From a virus (lineage: Duplodnaviria; Caudoviricetes), in the IMG/VR virus record IMGVR_UViG_3300027991_000002, positions 11,208 through 75,207 of that record: a DNA stretch of 64,000 bases; one strand, 5' to 3'. The notes below the pieces were generated by a model, which was not told the origin of the DNA, searched no databases, and worked only from the letters and a program-made list of their open reading frames with translations. Positions 1 to 9,380 of the stretch are shown in pieces (position 1 is the stretch's first letter; each line of letters starts with the position of its first letter). The translations under genes were made by a program, and so were the position numbers.

Positions 1-63
1 AGGAATGGATAATGCGTTGCAAATTTTAAAAAACTTTCAAAAAGATTTGCAATAATTCCTAAA

Positions 64-110
64 AATATTTCTTGCATTTGGAAAAATAATTGTTTACATT
101 TACACTCACA
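64..110 (+). promoter_or_regulatory. Bacteroidota-type early promoter (copy 1)
   Basis: AATATTTCTTGCAT (64-77), TACATTTA (95-102; -7 box TAnnTTTG-like) and CACTCACA (103-110); the same blocks recur at 7816-7861. Confidence 0.6.
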
Positions 111-123
111 AAACTACACTCAC

Positions 124-294
124 ATGGGATTTTTCTCAAACATAATTTCCGCCACCGTCAAAGTCGCGCTAACCCCTGTGGCGGTAGTGAAAGACGTGGT
201 GAACATCGCCACAGGCGAAGAAGCGGATGCTACAAAAGACTTACTCAAATCTGCGGGTGAAGACGCGGAAGAAGCAATGGAGGATATAACATGA
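124..294 (+). CDS. small phage protein (56 aa)
   Basis: Translated by hand, not in ORF track: MGFFSNIISATVKVALTPVAVVKDVVNIATGEEADATKDLL...; ATGA overlap with next gene. Confidence 0.75.
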   Translation: MGFFSNIISATVKVALTPVAVVKDVVNIATGEEADATKDLLKSAGEDAEEAMEDIT

Positions 295-482
295 AAAGAC
301 CTGTCCTCTCCCTGAGAAAAAAAATAATTTATCTCTACAACAACCTGATTCTCCGTGCCTGCTACGAACTCGCTCACATGAAAATAATCTCTAACAAAAC
401 TTTTGCCAAATGGTCGGACTCTCCGCGTGAAATAAAATGCAATCTCCAAACTTTCGGCAACACAACAAGAAAATTTAACTGA
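291..482 (+). CDS. hypothetical protein (63 aa)
   Basis: ORF track; translationally coupled to upstream ORF. Confidence 0.55.
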   Translation: MKRPVLSLRKKIIYLYNNLILRACYELAHMKIISNKTFAKWSDSPREIKCNLQTFGNTTRKFN

Positions 483-496
483 CCACATAAAAGAAC

Positions 497-718
497 ATGG
501 AAGAAACCCGAAACGAAATTCAAGATGGACAAGAAGTAAAACCGCAGTTTGAAACCGAACTCGCGGCACTCATCAACAAATTCTCCAAAGAGAACGGCAG
601 CAACACACCCGATTGGATTTTGGCGGAATACCTCCAACGATGCCTCGACAACTTTAACTACACTTCTCGCGCTCGTGAAAAATGGTACGGAAAAAGTTTA
701 TCAATAGGCGGAAACTAA
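497..718 (+). CDS. conserved small phage protein (SNTPDWILAEYL motif)
   Basis: Motif ENGSNTPDWILAEYL recalled from many phage hypothetical proteins. Confidence 0.75.
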   Translation: MEETRNEIQDGQEVKPQFETELAALINKFSKENGSNTPDWILAEYLQRCLDNFNYTSRAREKWYGKSLSIGGN

Positions 719-737
719 TTCCTGACAAATCCCCAAG

Positions 738-962
738 ATGAAAGACCCAATGACCGAAAAGGAAATCTACGATACCAACATAGCCGTCCTCGAACGCATC
801 ATCCTCACTTTCGCCAAGCAAATGAGAGACGATGGCGCGGCAATCTTCAACGATGAAACACTAAAACTCTACGTCAAACAATTTGTCGGCAACTTAGATA
901 ACACAGAAATAAATTACCCCCCTAACCACAATCACCAACACAGTAAGTGTCTTTTAAAATAG
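738..962 (+). CDS. hypothetical protein (74 aa)
   Basis: ORF track; same composition as neighbours. Confidence 0.6.
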   Translation: MKDPMTEKEIYDTNIAVLERIILTFAKQMRDDGAAIFNDETLKLYVKQFVGNLDNTEINYPPNHNHQHSKCLLK

Positions 963-1482
963 GTAAGTAAGTTGATGATAAAAGTAAGGGCTTACACCCC
1001 ATTTTTCGGGGCATACCTTTTCACTCAGGGAAATTCACTTTTAAACAACCCATCCCCCTTACTGAAATCTGACTTTTGAATTCTGAAAACAGAAATTAAA
1101 TATCTGTTGCAGGATGACAACAGGACTGCATTACGTTGCGAATATCAAGCGCAAGAGATAAGAGAATGATAATGTGTGTTTGAACGGGTGAAACGTTATT
1201 ACGCAATGTTATTCTATTGGCTTGCCGATGTGAACATGACAACATAAAAAAGTGTTTACCCGTATTTCTGAGCATATTTGCCACTATTTGCCTATGTTCA
1301 ACACGGAAATAATAATAAATTCGATGGCTAAAAGTGATTTGAAAAAGACCGCGAAAACAGTTTTTAGTTTGTGGTTAGGGTGAAAAGGGGTTGACCTCTT
1401 GTTAAATAAATTTGTTTTTAGTGTTAATTAGTTTTTACTTGTCAATATACAGGAGAATAAAAATAGTTTGTAATTTTGTCGT

Positions 1483-1668
1483 ATGACACGGGGGGCGATA
1501 GTACGTGAAAGATTGATAAATAATAGGCGTTTTGTGCCTTTGAGTGATTATGCGCGGCTTTGTCGTATCAGTAGGCAGGGGGCGCGACACCGGCTTTTAA
1601 ACAGTTTGCCAAAGGATAAAGTTTATCAGGATGATTTTTCGGCTTTGTGGTGGGTTTGTGTTGAGTAG
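1483..1668 (+). CDS. putative HTH DNA-binding protein (61 aa)
   Basis: LSDYARLCRISRQGARHRL resembles a helix-turn-helix. Confidence 0.45.
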   Translation: MTRGAIVRERLINNRRFVPLSDYARLCRISRQGARHRLLNSLPKDKVYQDDFSALWWVCVE

Positions 1669-1718
1669 TTCCTGACTATTGGCGGGCGTCTAATAAAGTT
1701 TTTAGCTCTGTCAATCTG

Positions 1719-1919
1719 TTAAGGTAGGGCGCGAAAGTTATCTGGGTTGCGTTCGCAGTAGCTTAGATGGCTGTTGATGAATTGGCGGACGTTGGTAATT
1801 TTTGTTTCCTTGTTTAGCTGTATTTGTTCGGGCAGGTTTGCCGCCTCGAAGTATGCGCGAAGGTCGTTAAGGGCTGCCGCGTTTTTTGGTTGTGGTTCAG
1901 GTGAACTTTCGTTACTCAT
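1719..1919 (-). CDS. small Bacteroidota hypothetical protein (DUF6965-like)
   Basis: LRAYFEAANLPEQIQLNKETKITNVRQFINSHL resembles a small Bacteroidota family; divergent from 2132. Confidence 0.5.
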   Translation of the reverse strand: MSNESSPEPQPKNAAALNDLRAYFEAANLPEQIQLNKETKITNVRQFINSHLSYCERNPDNFRALP

Positions 1920-2131
1920 CTGCTTATTATTTCAGTGTGTGAAAGTAAACAAAAGTTAGTCAATATGCAAGACATTTTTAATATTTATTTTTTATTTTCT
2001 CCTCTGTAAATGATAGTTTGGTATGATGTTTGTTTTAATCTTTTAACATTAAAATTTAAACTTTGAAAGATACAATAATATATTAGAATCGTCTATTGTT
2101 TTGCGTCCACAAATGAACGTAATTTGCACCC

Positions 2132-2281
2132 ATGAAACAAACAACTAAAAACGACCTGATGACAATAGCAGAATACGCAGCTACTAAAGGAGTAAGCGTA
2201 CAAACTATATATAATTGGATTGAGAAGAAAGATTTGAAAACGCGCAAGGTTGGAAAAATCACCTTAGTAATAGTGAACTAA
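2132..2281 (+). CDS. excisionase-like / MerR-type HTH protein (49 aa)
   Basis: Translated by hand: MKQTTKNDLMTIAEYAATKGVSVQTIYNWIEKKDLKTRKVGKITLVIVN. Confidence 0.75.
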   Translation: MKQTTKNDLMTIAEYAATKGVSVQTIYNWIEKKDLKTRKVGKITLVIVN

Positions 2282-2328
2282 TTTTTTTGTCTTATATATT
2301 GAAACTTTTAAACTTACAAACAGTAAAC

Positions 2329-2484
2329 ATGAAAAAGAAATATTCAACAGCCATTATGTTAGCTTGCTTAGGACTAACAAAAAATACATTCAGGAGCCAT
2401 GCCGATTTAGTACAGGCATTTAAGAAACAGCAAGCGAAGATACAAAAGGCGCAAGCATCTATAAATAAAATCTTTAATAACTGA
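2329..2484 (+). CDS. hypothetical protein (51 aa)
   Basis: ATG at 2329 inside track ORF 2287-2484, preceded by A-rich initiation region. Confidence 0.55.
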   Translation: MKKKYSTAIMLACLGLTKNTFRSHADLVQAFKKQQAKIQKAQASINKIFNN

Positions 2485-2535
2485 CAAGCCGAACACAGTC
2501 AACCAAAGTAGGCAACAAATTTAAACTACTACAAA

Positions 2536-2814
2536 ATGAAAACTATTACAACAAATCTTTACTCATTCGATGAACTGAGCGAAGAAGCAAAAAACAAGGC
2601 AATCATTGAACAGATTAACTTTGAGATTGAAGTAGCGGACGAAAATAGCCCGTTTATTCCAGTCTTTGAAGAAATGGAACGGATGCACACCCCGTGGTTC
2701 ACTGCTGCAACAATTTTTCACACACCGGAATATAAAAACATCATCATTGAAAATCTAAGAGTGAATGAATATACATTCCTCTCTGATGGTACAATGCAAA
2801 ACTCCCGGTCGTAG
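2536..2814 (+). CDS. early phage protein (92 aa)
   Basis: MKTITTNLYSFDELSEEAKNKAI N-terminus typical of phage early proteins. Confidence 0.75.
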   Translation: MKTITTNLYSFDELSEEAKNKAIIEQINFEIEVADENSPFIPVFEEMERMHTPWFTAATIFHTPEYKNIIIENLRVNEYTFLSDGTMQNSRS

Positions 2815-2950
2815 TAGTACGGGCGGCATCCCTTGTCGCGTCTTACTTAACTGATAAGACAGGCGTAACGGGCAACCGGAGCAAGGGAGCAAAAAATACC
2901 TGCCAGCTTCAACAGGAACAAATGAAGCGTAACTATTAACACACAACACA

Positions 2951-3547
2951 ATGAACAACACACAAACAGCAGTAAAAGAAATTGAATTTACCCGCATCAA
3001 CAATGATGTAAACGAAAATCCGCGCTTTGTCTGCCATTTCCTGAACTTTATTAACGAGCAAGACCGTAAGACCTTTTTCGGGTTTGAACTCGGTTACGAC
3101 CTTGCTATTGCGAAATCCCGCGAACTGGGAGGGCGGAAATTCCATAACAGGCAGTACGGAGGCGGAATAGTATTCCAAATGTATGACGGTGAAATTCCCG
3201 CAATGACGGAACGCGTCCGCGAAATTCAGAGCCGTACTATTAAATTCAAAACAGAATGGACGGACAAAGATTTTCGCAAAATGGAACGGGCAATAGCTAA
3301 ACACTTTAGCGGGCAAACCACCACAACGCGGGACGGGGTTTTCTATCTTGGCTCATTCAAAGAAATAGATAGCAACTTCGGGCTGGCTTACACTTCTTCG
3401 GGCGTTCATGCTTGCTACGGAATATGCAACACCGAAGTAAAATATAATGAGAAATACAACTATCAATTTTTCATCATGTCAGAGGACGGCAAACCGTATG
3501 CAGAACTTTGGGACACAAACGAAAACGAAAAATACATTCAACTATAA
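2951..3547 (+). CDS. early phage protein (198 aa)
   Basis: N-terminal RINNDVNENPRFVCHF...GGRKFHNRQYGGGIVFQ motif recalled from widespread phage proteins, plus a C-terminal extension. Confidence 0.8.
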   Translation: MNNTQTAVKEIEFTRINNDVNENPRFVCHFLNFINEQDRKTFFGFELGYDLAIAKSRELGGRKFHNRQYGGGIVFQMYDGEIPAMTERVREIQSRTIKFKTEWTDKDFRKMERAIAKHFSGQTTTTRDGVFYLGSFKEIDSNFGLAYTSSGVHACYGICNTEVKYNEKYNYQFFIMSEDGKPYAELWDTNENEKYIQL

Positions 3548-3648
3548 AAATGTGTGTTGCCTGTCAAACAACCCCGTAAGGTTTAAGATAGGAAGCAAAG
3601 AACGAACAAAAACAAAGTATAAATTTAACTATCAAAAATGAACAGACA

Positions 3649-4008
3649 ATGAAAAAAGAAACTCAAAATAATCAGCCGTTACCCTCGTACATTCTTAACC
3701 TTTTCGCCAAGTGCGAAGCACTGAAAGCGGAAGAAAGATTAACTACAACTTTTGGCGCGAATCATAGCTACGATATTTTTCGCTACGAAGGAAAATTTTT
3801 AATCCAACAAACGGGCAACTATTGGAAACGTGATGCAATTTATGAAAGTTTCAAATTTGCAACCGCAAAAGAACTTAATCAAAAACTGCGTACTATTCCG
3901 TATTACGATTGGTACGCTAAAAATCATTTCACAGGTAAAACGCAACACATGGATAATATTTCTAACTTCTGTAATGCGTTCAAACTTGAAACTGTTGAAA
4001 CTATCTAA
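3649..4008 (+). CDS. hypothetical protein (119 aa)
   Basis: ORF track; A-rich start context. Confidence 0.7.
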   Translation: MKKETQNNQPLPSYILNLFAKCEALKAEERLTTTFGANHSYDIFRYEGKFLIQQTGNYWKRDAIYESFKFATAKELNQKLRTIPYYDWYAKNHFTGKTQHMDNISNFCNAFKLETVETI

Positions 4009-4058
4009 CCCTCATCAGCGAACACAAAAAACAAACTGATTTAAAACTGAAAAAAACA

Positions 4059-4286
4059 ATGACAACCCGAAAGATGATTTTTAAGAATCAAGCAGAACTC
4101 GACAACTTCTTGGAAAACCACATTGCGCGAGCCGGAACTATTGAGCCGTTCTTTGATGGCAAGCTGGTAGTGAATATGATTTGCGTAGGATGTGAGCATA
4201 AGCATCACCCCGTTAATTCTGCCGTTCATTTTGACAGCGTTAATATAGATGATGAGTATAATGACTTCATAATGCCTCTGCAATGA
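4059..4286 (+). CDS. hypothetical protein (75 aa)
   Basis: ORF track; CxxC motif. Confidence 0.65.
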   Translation: MTTRKMIFKNQAELDNFLENHIARAGTIEPFFDGKLVVNMICVGCEHKHHPVNSAVHFDSVNIDDEYNDFIMPLQ

Positions 4287-4494
4287 GATACAGGCAACAG
4301 TATGAAGGCGAATGGGTTTACCCTCGAAGAAAAAGATATTTTATGCGCTGTTGCGATTGTGGCTTGGTTCATATTATTAATTTCAAACTTGTAAAACGCG
4401 GCAATGGAAAAGCAATTTTATTTCAGGCGTTCCGGCAACCAAAAAAGAAAAAATAAATTTCAATCTATCTAACTAATCCCTAAACACACCACAC

Positions 4495-4734
4495 ATGGAA
4501 CACACAACATTTATTGAAACTAACAGCCACCGCGCTCACCAGCAGTTTTTAAATACCAACGTGCCGTTTGACCGCCACACGGATATAAAAACTAAGCACC
4601 CGAAAAATAAAAATTGGTTTATATGTACGCGGGTGATTTATGAAATTCCGCGCGAAGCCCTTTACAGAGTGAAGCCGATAAAAGGGATAACAATATTTAA
4701 AAATAATCCTATCAAAGAACATAACAGACCGTAA
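4495..4734 (+). CDS. hypothetical protein (79 aa)
   Basis: ORF track. Confidence 0.6.
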   Translation: MEHTTFIETNSHRAHQQFLNTNVPFDRHTDIKTKHPKNKNWFICTRVIYEIPREALYRVKPIKGITIFKNNPIKEHNRP

Positions 4735-4966
4735 TCTGTAACCCGAAAATGTTTTTATGTGCCGTAACACATTAACATTTTTACCTCGATAAACTTACAA
4801 ATAAATTCTGAAAATAAGATGAAACAAACGCACCAATTAACTCCAAGTGATTTACGCCCCGTCCTTCCATCCATAGCGAGGCAAAACAAACTCAGACTCA
4901 ATAGACCAGTTGAGTATTTGAAAGCAGTACGGATATTTATTAAAAGCATTAAACAAAACTAAAACT

Positions 4967-5443
4967 ATGAAAATCAAAATCGAAGATTACAAAGGGCAAG
5001 AAATTTTTTACGAGGAAGATTACGACAAATTTACTTGCGACATTTCTATTGAGGATAAATATAAAAACGCAAAACGCGGTTCGCTTATTGATATGAGAAA
5101 AGAAATAGATGCTTTCATAAAACTAAATGTAAACTTTGTCCCGTTTAAAGCGATACGCAATCGATGGAGCGATTTTGAAATAGTAGAATTTGAATCTATC
5201 CGTACTGATGGAAAGTTTTTAGCGCGGAGAGAAAAAGCGTCAAACCGCGACCAAATTGGCAAAGATGAACAGAAAGAATATTTTGAATATAACCCTAAGT
5301 TAGTTGATGAATATAGGGAAGCGGAACGAATAAAAGATGAGGCGTATAAGGTTTATGAGAAAACAAAAAAAGATATTATTTCAAGATTGAAACCGCAAAG
5401 TTTTGCCAAGTATGACAGCATTATTAATAAGAACAAACAATGA
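4967..5443 (+). CDS. hypothetical protein (158 aa)
   Basis: ORF track; AAAACT-ATG start context. Confidence 0.8.
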   Translation: MKIKIEDYKGQEIFYEEDYDKFTCDISIEDKYKNAKRGSLIDMRKEIDAFIKLNVNFVPFKAIRNRWSDFEIVEFESIRTDGKFLARREKASNRDQIGKDEQKEYFEYNPKLVDEYREAERIKDEAYKVYEKTKKDIISRLKPQSFAKYDSIINKNKQ

Positions 5444-5820
5444 AAACAAAAATCCTAATCCTGTTATTTGCTTTTGCAAGTTGCAAGAAAGATTTGCCCG
5501 AACCAATGGAAACAGAACCTGAAAACCTGATGTCGGTACAAGCGACACCAGCTACGTTCCACCTCGACTTCCAAACCGCAGGAGTAAACATAACAAACTT
5601 ACCCGCCACAAGCGTTCAGACGTTAGATAACAACGGAGATGTAGGTAAAATGATAACATTCACTCAGGACAATTTCATCGTCTGTTTTTGCCGTCTTTAT
5701 TCAGGGGAGGTAATTCAGATAACAGGGAGTATAAATTCGCATCCGTTTGTGGTTATTAACGGAGCTATGAATATTTGTCACGGCAATCAACAACAATCAT
5801 TTACATATAAACTTTACTAA
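5440..5820 (+). CDS. putative lipoprotein (126 aa)
   Basis: MKTKILILLFAFAS-C-KKD type II signal peptide. Confidence 0.7.
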   Translation: MKTKILILLFAFASCKKDLPEPMETEPENLMSVQATPATFHLDFQTAGVNITNLPATSVQTLDNNGDVGKMITFTQDNFIVCFCRLYSGEVIQITGSINSHPFVVINGAMNICHGNQQQSFTYKLY

Positions 5821-5821
5821 C

Positions 5822-6145
5822 ATGAAAAAAAGAAACAAATTTACCATTGACTACTTCATAAAGAAGTTTCAAAAAATCCCATCGTCCGAAATAGGAAAAG
5901 GAAAATTGGCTGACCATTGCGCCATGTGGCACGTAGGAATAAAAGAACTTCGCAGTGATTATGTTGCTAAAACCGTAGAAGCAAAAGCATTTGTAAAAAT
6001 TTTCGGAAACTTTGAAAACATATATAATACAAATGACCGCGAAAGAAATTTCAACGGAATACACCTAACAGGAAGAACCCCGAAAGAGCGCATTTTACGC
6101 GCACTAAAAATGATAAAAAGTAAAAAAATAATTGTTAAATATTAA
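5822..6145 (+). CDS. hypothetical protein (107 aa)
   Basis: ORF track; abuts upstream stop. Confidence 0.7.
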   Translation: MKKRNKFTIDYFIKKFQKIPSSEIGKGKLADHCAMWHVGIKELRSDYVAKTVEAKAFVKIFGNFENIYNTNDRERNFNGIHLTGRTPKERILRALKMIKSKKIIVKY

Positions 6146-6285
6146 CAGCCATGAAAACTTATATTTTGTACAGCGACCACCATTCACCACACCATTTACT
6201 CCCGCTTCTCCCTTGCTTATTTGAAAGCGAAATTTGAACGTGCAGGAATAAGAGTTATGGAAATTGCCAATACCTACCTGTACAG

Positions 6286-6510
6286 ATGAACGAAATTTAC
6301 ATTGTTCCGCAAAATGGACGCTGGTACTTATTTAAAAGCGATAAATCAATCGCAGGTTCAAAGACAGGATACAAGAGTAAGCAAGCAGCAGAACGCGCAA
6401 AATGGTACTTAGAACAAGGCAGGGACACTATCAAGGCAACCTACGCTCAGAAAAGACAGATGAGCCAAGAGATGAGACACTTAAACCAAATCAGATATGA
6501 ACAAAGATGA
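6286..6510 (+). CDS. hypothetical protein (74 aa)
   Basis: ORF track. Confidence 0.65.
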   Translation: MNEIYIVPQNGRWYLFKSDKSIAGSKTGYKSKQAAERAKWYLEQGRDTIKATYAQKRQMSQEMRHLNQIRYEQR

Positions 6511-6874
6511 ATTAATGAAACCGCGTTACAAGGTTATTGCGCTATATCCTGATTCGCCTAATAAAATTGGCGACATTATCCACGTTTACGGACAGGGCTA
6601 TATTTATCCTGATAAAGTAGAAGCAAATTTTGACCGCTATCCACATCTGTTTAAAAAACTCCAATGGTGGGAAGAGAGAGAAATTTCAGAGTTGCCTGAA
6701 TATCTAAAGTGGAAAAACAATCCCGAAGTTTTTAAACCATACACTATTGAGATTTTAGGTTTCGGGCGATTTTATTTGTCCCGTGAAGATTATATTGCAA
6801 ACAACGATTACGATTTGAGCCACACCCTCCCCTCCTCTGTTGAGGAGTTTAACAATTTAAAACATAAAAAATGA
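6497..6874 (+). CDS. conserved Bacteroidota-phage protein (125 aa)
   Basis: PRYKVIALYPDSP...YPHLFKKLQWWEER motif. Confidence 0.75.
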   Translation: MNKDELMKPRYKVIALYPDSPNKIGDIIHVYGQGYIYPDKVEANFDRYPHLFKKLQWWEEREISELPEYLKWKNNPEVFKPYTIEILGFGRFYLSREDYIANNDYDLSHTLPSSVEEFNNLKHKK

Positions 6875-7206
6875 AACACACTAAAAGCGAATGGAAAACC
6901 GAAAACAACGGAGATGGCTTTACGCTGTTCACGGGCGACACTGACGGTTATCACACAATGATTGGCGAAATTTATTTGGACGATGGCAGTAACGGGATGC
7001 CTGATGTTCGCACAATCCCACCAGAGAAAGAAGCCGAAGCGAACGCGAAACTGATTTCCGCTGCCCCCGACCTGTTGCGCCTTGCGCTTGATTTTCAAAC
7101 CGCATTCAATGAGCGCGTTCAAATGAAGCCCGAACCGGAACACCTTAAATGGTTTGTTGAAGTTACAAGGCGAATGACTGATATAATTGCAAAAGCTACC
7201 GAGTAA
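6871..7206 (+). CDS. conserved phage protein (EANAKLISAAPDLL family)
   Basis: N-terminal HTKSEW and EAEANAKLISAAPDLL motifs. Confidence 0.75.
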   Translation: MKHTKSEWKTENNGDGFTLFTGDTDGYHTMIGEIYLDDGSNGMPDVRTIPPEKEAEANAKLISAAPDLLRLALDFQTAFNERVQMKPEPEHLKWFVEVTRRMTDIIAKATE

Positions 7207-7257
7207 ATCAAAGAACGATTTTACGAGTACAAAATAAAAAATCTAAATGAAACACAC

Positions 7258-7521
7258 ATGAAAGAAAATAACTGGATTCCTGTATCGGAGAGATTGCCCG
7301 AATTTGAAACCGAAGTTTTACTTTTTGGGCGTACCCAACATTTAGAACCTGACGAGGACGGTCAGCGCATCCCTGACACAACTTGGATAGCGGTTGGCGA
7401 ATTATCAGAAGTAAAAACATCTAAGTTGGGCAACAACTATTTATTTGAAGTAGATTTCACGGATGAGAAATGTGAAAACGTTACTCACTGGATGGAACTC
7501 CCCGCGCCTCCCGCCAAATAA
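7258..7521 (+). CDS. DUF551-family protein
   Basis: WIPVSERLPE ... VTHWMELPAPP signature. Confidence 0.85.
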   Translation: MKENNWIPVSERLPEFETEVLLFGRTQHLEPDEDGQRIPDTTWIAVGELSEVKTSKLGNNYLFEVDFTDEKCENVTHWMELPAPPAK

Positions 7522-7577
7522 TTTCAATGAACTTACAGAGAGCAATTTACAAAACTCAAATTAAATTTTCGTGAACA

Positions 7578-7817
7578 ATGGGTAGACAACTCACAAAAGA
7601 AAAGCAGGACGAAATCGCCTCCTTATATGAAAGAATAATGACAGGGGAAAAGCTGACAAGCAAACAGGTAAACGGCATAGCCGACAAACTCAACATCTTA
7701 AAAGGACGCGGATATAAATTCTCCTCTGAAAGAAATTCGCACACGGTACTCAAGACGTATTTTTGTACGGAGGTGGATGTGGAGATGAATAAACAAATAA
7801 GTAAAAATCGCAAATAA
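7578..7817 (+). CDS. hypothetical, possibly DNA-binding protein (79 aa)
   Basis: ORF track; basic. Confidence 0.6.
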   Translation: MGRQLTKEKQDEIASLYERIMTGEKLTSKQVNGIADKLNILKGRGYKFSSERNSHTVLKTYFCTEVDVEMNKQISKNRK

Positions 7818-7861
7818 TATTTCTTGCATATAGATAAACATTTACTATATTTGCACTCACA
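7816..7861 (+). promoter_or_regulatory. Bacteroidota-type promoter (copy 2)
   Basis: AATATTTCTTGCAT, TATATTTG (7846-7853, perfect TAnnTTTG) and CACTCACA. Confidence 0.7.
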
Positions 7862-7872
7862 TTTTAATCCAC

Positions 7873-8106
7873 ATGGCAAAGCAAAAAAACATCGCAGAGC
7901 ATAAATTAAAAATGCAGAAACTCTCGGAAGAACTGAAAGGGAATTTGCCACGCGTGGCAATGGAAGCGAAAGTAACAATTACCACCGTCATGCGCGTACT
8001 TAATAACGAGTATGTTAATTGGGAAGTAATCCGCGCAGCCATTAAAGTCAGAAACAAAATCATTCAGGAAAAACTGCAACAACAAAAACTGCTTTCAAAA
8101 ATATGA
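7873..8106 (+). CDS. Cro-like HTH protein (77 aa)
   Basis: LPRVAMEAKVTITTVMRVLNN helix-turn-helix pattern; first gene after promoter. Confidence 0.6.
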   Translation: MAKQKNIAEHKLKMQKLSEELKGNLPRVAMEAKVTITTVMRVLNNEYVNWEVIRAAIKVRNKIIQEKLQQQKLLSKI

Positions 8107-8285
8107 CCTACTCCCGCGCCCTGCTGACAAACTACTTAGCCGAACATCAGAAATGGTACAAGATAGGCGAAGCTCTGCTAAACTCCAACACAGACCGCAA
8201 AACAAAATCCGAAGTAAGAAAAGTTTTGAAAGTAAAAGAGAAGATAATTGCTGATTTGAAAACTTCTATAAAGAAACTGAAATAA
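8103..8285 (+). CDS. hypothetical protein (60 aa)
   Basis: ORF track; ATGA overlap. Confidence 0.65.
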   Translation: MTYSRALLTNYLAEHQKWYKIGEALLNSNTDRKTKSEVRKVLKVKEKIIADLKTSIKKLK

Positions 8286-8491
8286 TGGACACAACTACTC
8301 CCGCTTTTCCGTTACCACAGGAAAGCGATAATACAGAGAGACAAGGTTTAACCAAACGCGAATACTTTGCGGGACTTGCTATGCAGGGGATGTTAGCATA
8401 CGATAACCGACATGATATATCGGGATGGGATGCGATTGCAAAAGACGCGGTTAAATGTGCGGATGAACTTTTAAAAGAACTCGAACAATGA
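8285..8491 (+). CDS. conserved phage protein (GLTKREYFA family)
   Basis: PAFP...GLTKREYFAGLAMQGML signature. Confidence 0.85.
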   Translation: MDTTTPAFPLPQESDNTERQGLTKREYFAGLAMQGMLAYDNRHDISGWDAIAKDAVKCADELLKELEQ

Positions 8492-8706
8492 AAGCCACAG
8501 GCAAGTACGAATCCGAATGTTGTAGTAAACCGGCAGTAAACGTAAAACTGCTAATCAACGAGCATTACGGCTGGTGCGTAGTTTGCGGGAAGTATGGAAG
8601 AGTATTCGACACCGGACTAAGCCAACCCCTCACCCACGCAGAACTCATAGACGGATTTAAAAATAAAAAAGATGTGCACCCTGACACAAATCATAAACAA
8701 CTATAA
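8488..8706 (+). CDS. hypothetical Zn-ribbon-like protein (72 aa)
   Basis: SECC and CVVCG motifs. Confidence 0.55.
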   Translation: MKATGKYESECCSKPAVNVKLLINEHYGWCVVCGKYGRVFDTGLSQPLTHAELIDGFKNKKDVHPDTNHKQL

Positions 8707-8944
8707 CTACGTCAATGAACTTGACGACAAGCTGTTGGAAACAATGGAAACAATGAAAGTAGTCCCCGAAAGCGCAAGACGGCTTCACAGAATCTACGGC
8801 TCTGCACTTCAGCGGATAGACAAAGAACGAATCGAATGTATCAATTTCCTGTTCACTAAGTTCCGCAAGGTCGCGGCAGAAACCCCAAGAATCTGCACCA
8901 TCGAAGAAGATATGAGAATCACATACAATAAATCAAAACTATGA
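8672..8944 (+). CDS. hypothetical protein (about 90 aa, start uncertain)
   Basis: ORF track. Confidence 0.55.
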   Translation: MCTLTQIINNYNYVNELDDKLLETMETMKVVPESARRLHRIYGSALQRIDKERIECINFLFTKFRKVAAETPRICTIEEDMRITYNKSKL

Positions 8945-9008
8945 TACAAATATCCATCCTCATCACCATCTTAATTTTCAAACTTCTCATCTTCGGGAGG
9001 AAAGCAAA

Positions 9009-9188
9009 ATGAAAAACATTTTTAAAACCTACACCGCAGGGGAGGCAATCAAAAAACTCCGCCAAGACCAAAACAACTTGTGGGAGTTCATCATGAGGCA
9101 TCCTGAAATCAACTGCGAGGAGCAGAAAAAAAGATATTACGAAATTGAAAATGAGATTGAAAAACTTCAACCAAAAACAGAGCTATGA
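9009..9188 (+). CDS. hypothetical protein (59 aa)
   Basis: Translated by hand: MKNIFKTYTAGEAIKKLRQDQNNLWEF...; ATGA overlaps at both ends. Confidence 0.6.
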   Translation: MKNIFKTYTAGEAIKKLRQDQNNLWEFIMRHPEINCEEQKKRYYEIENEIEKLQPKTEL

Positions 9189-9364
9189 AAACAGATTTTC
9201 AACGCTACATGGACTTCATGCTTGCCCAGCGCGTAAAACTCGACAAGGAAATCATCAAAACATATTACCACGAAGAACTCATAAACCGAGTGGTAGAAAA
9301 AAAACTTCCAAGTGAAATATTAAAAAGCACATGGGAAGAAATATTTAACAGAAGTAATAACTAA
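9185..9364 (+). CDS. hypothetical protein (59 aa)
   Basis: Translated by hand: MKTDFQRYMDFMLAQRVKLDKE... Confidence 0.6.
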   Translation: MKTDFQRYMDFMLAQRVKLDKEIIKTYYHEELINRVVEKKLPSEILKSTWEEIFNRSNN

Positions 9365-9380
9365 CCTAAAACCTAAAACA

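Noticed and set aside
120-569. 149-aa minus-strand ORF and other track ORFs opposite supported genes
   Set aside because: They overlap coupled plus-strand genes that have better start contexts
2481-2515. Hammerhead ribozyme (CTGACAAG...GAAC)
   Set aside because: The core does not match CUGAnGA...GAAA and the flanking stems cannot be formed
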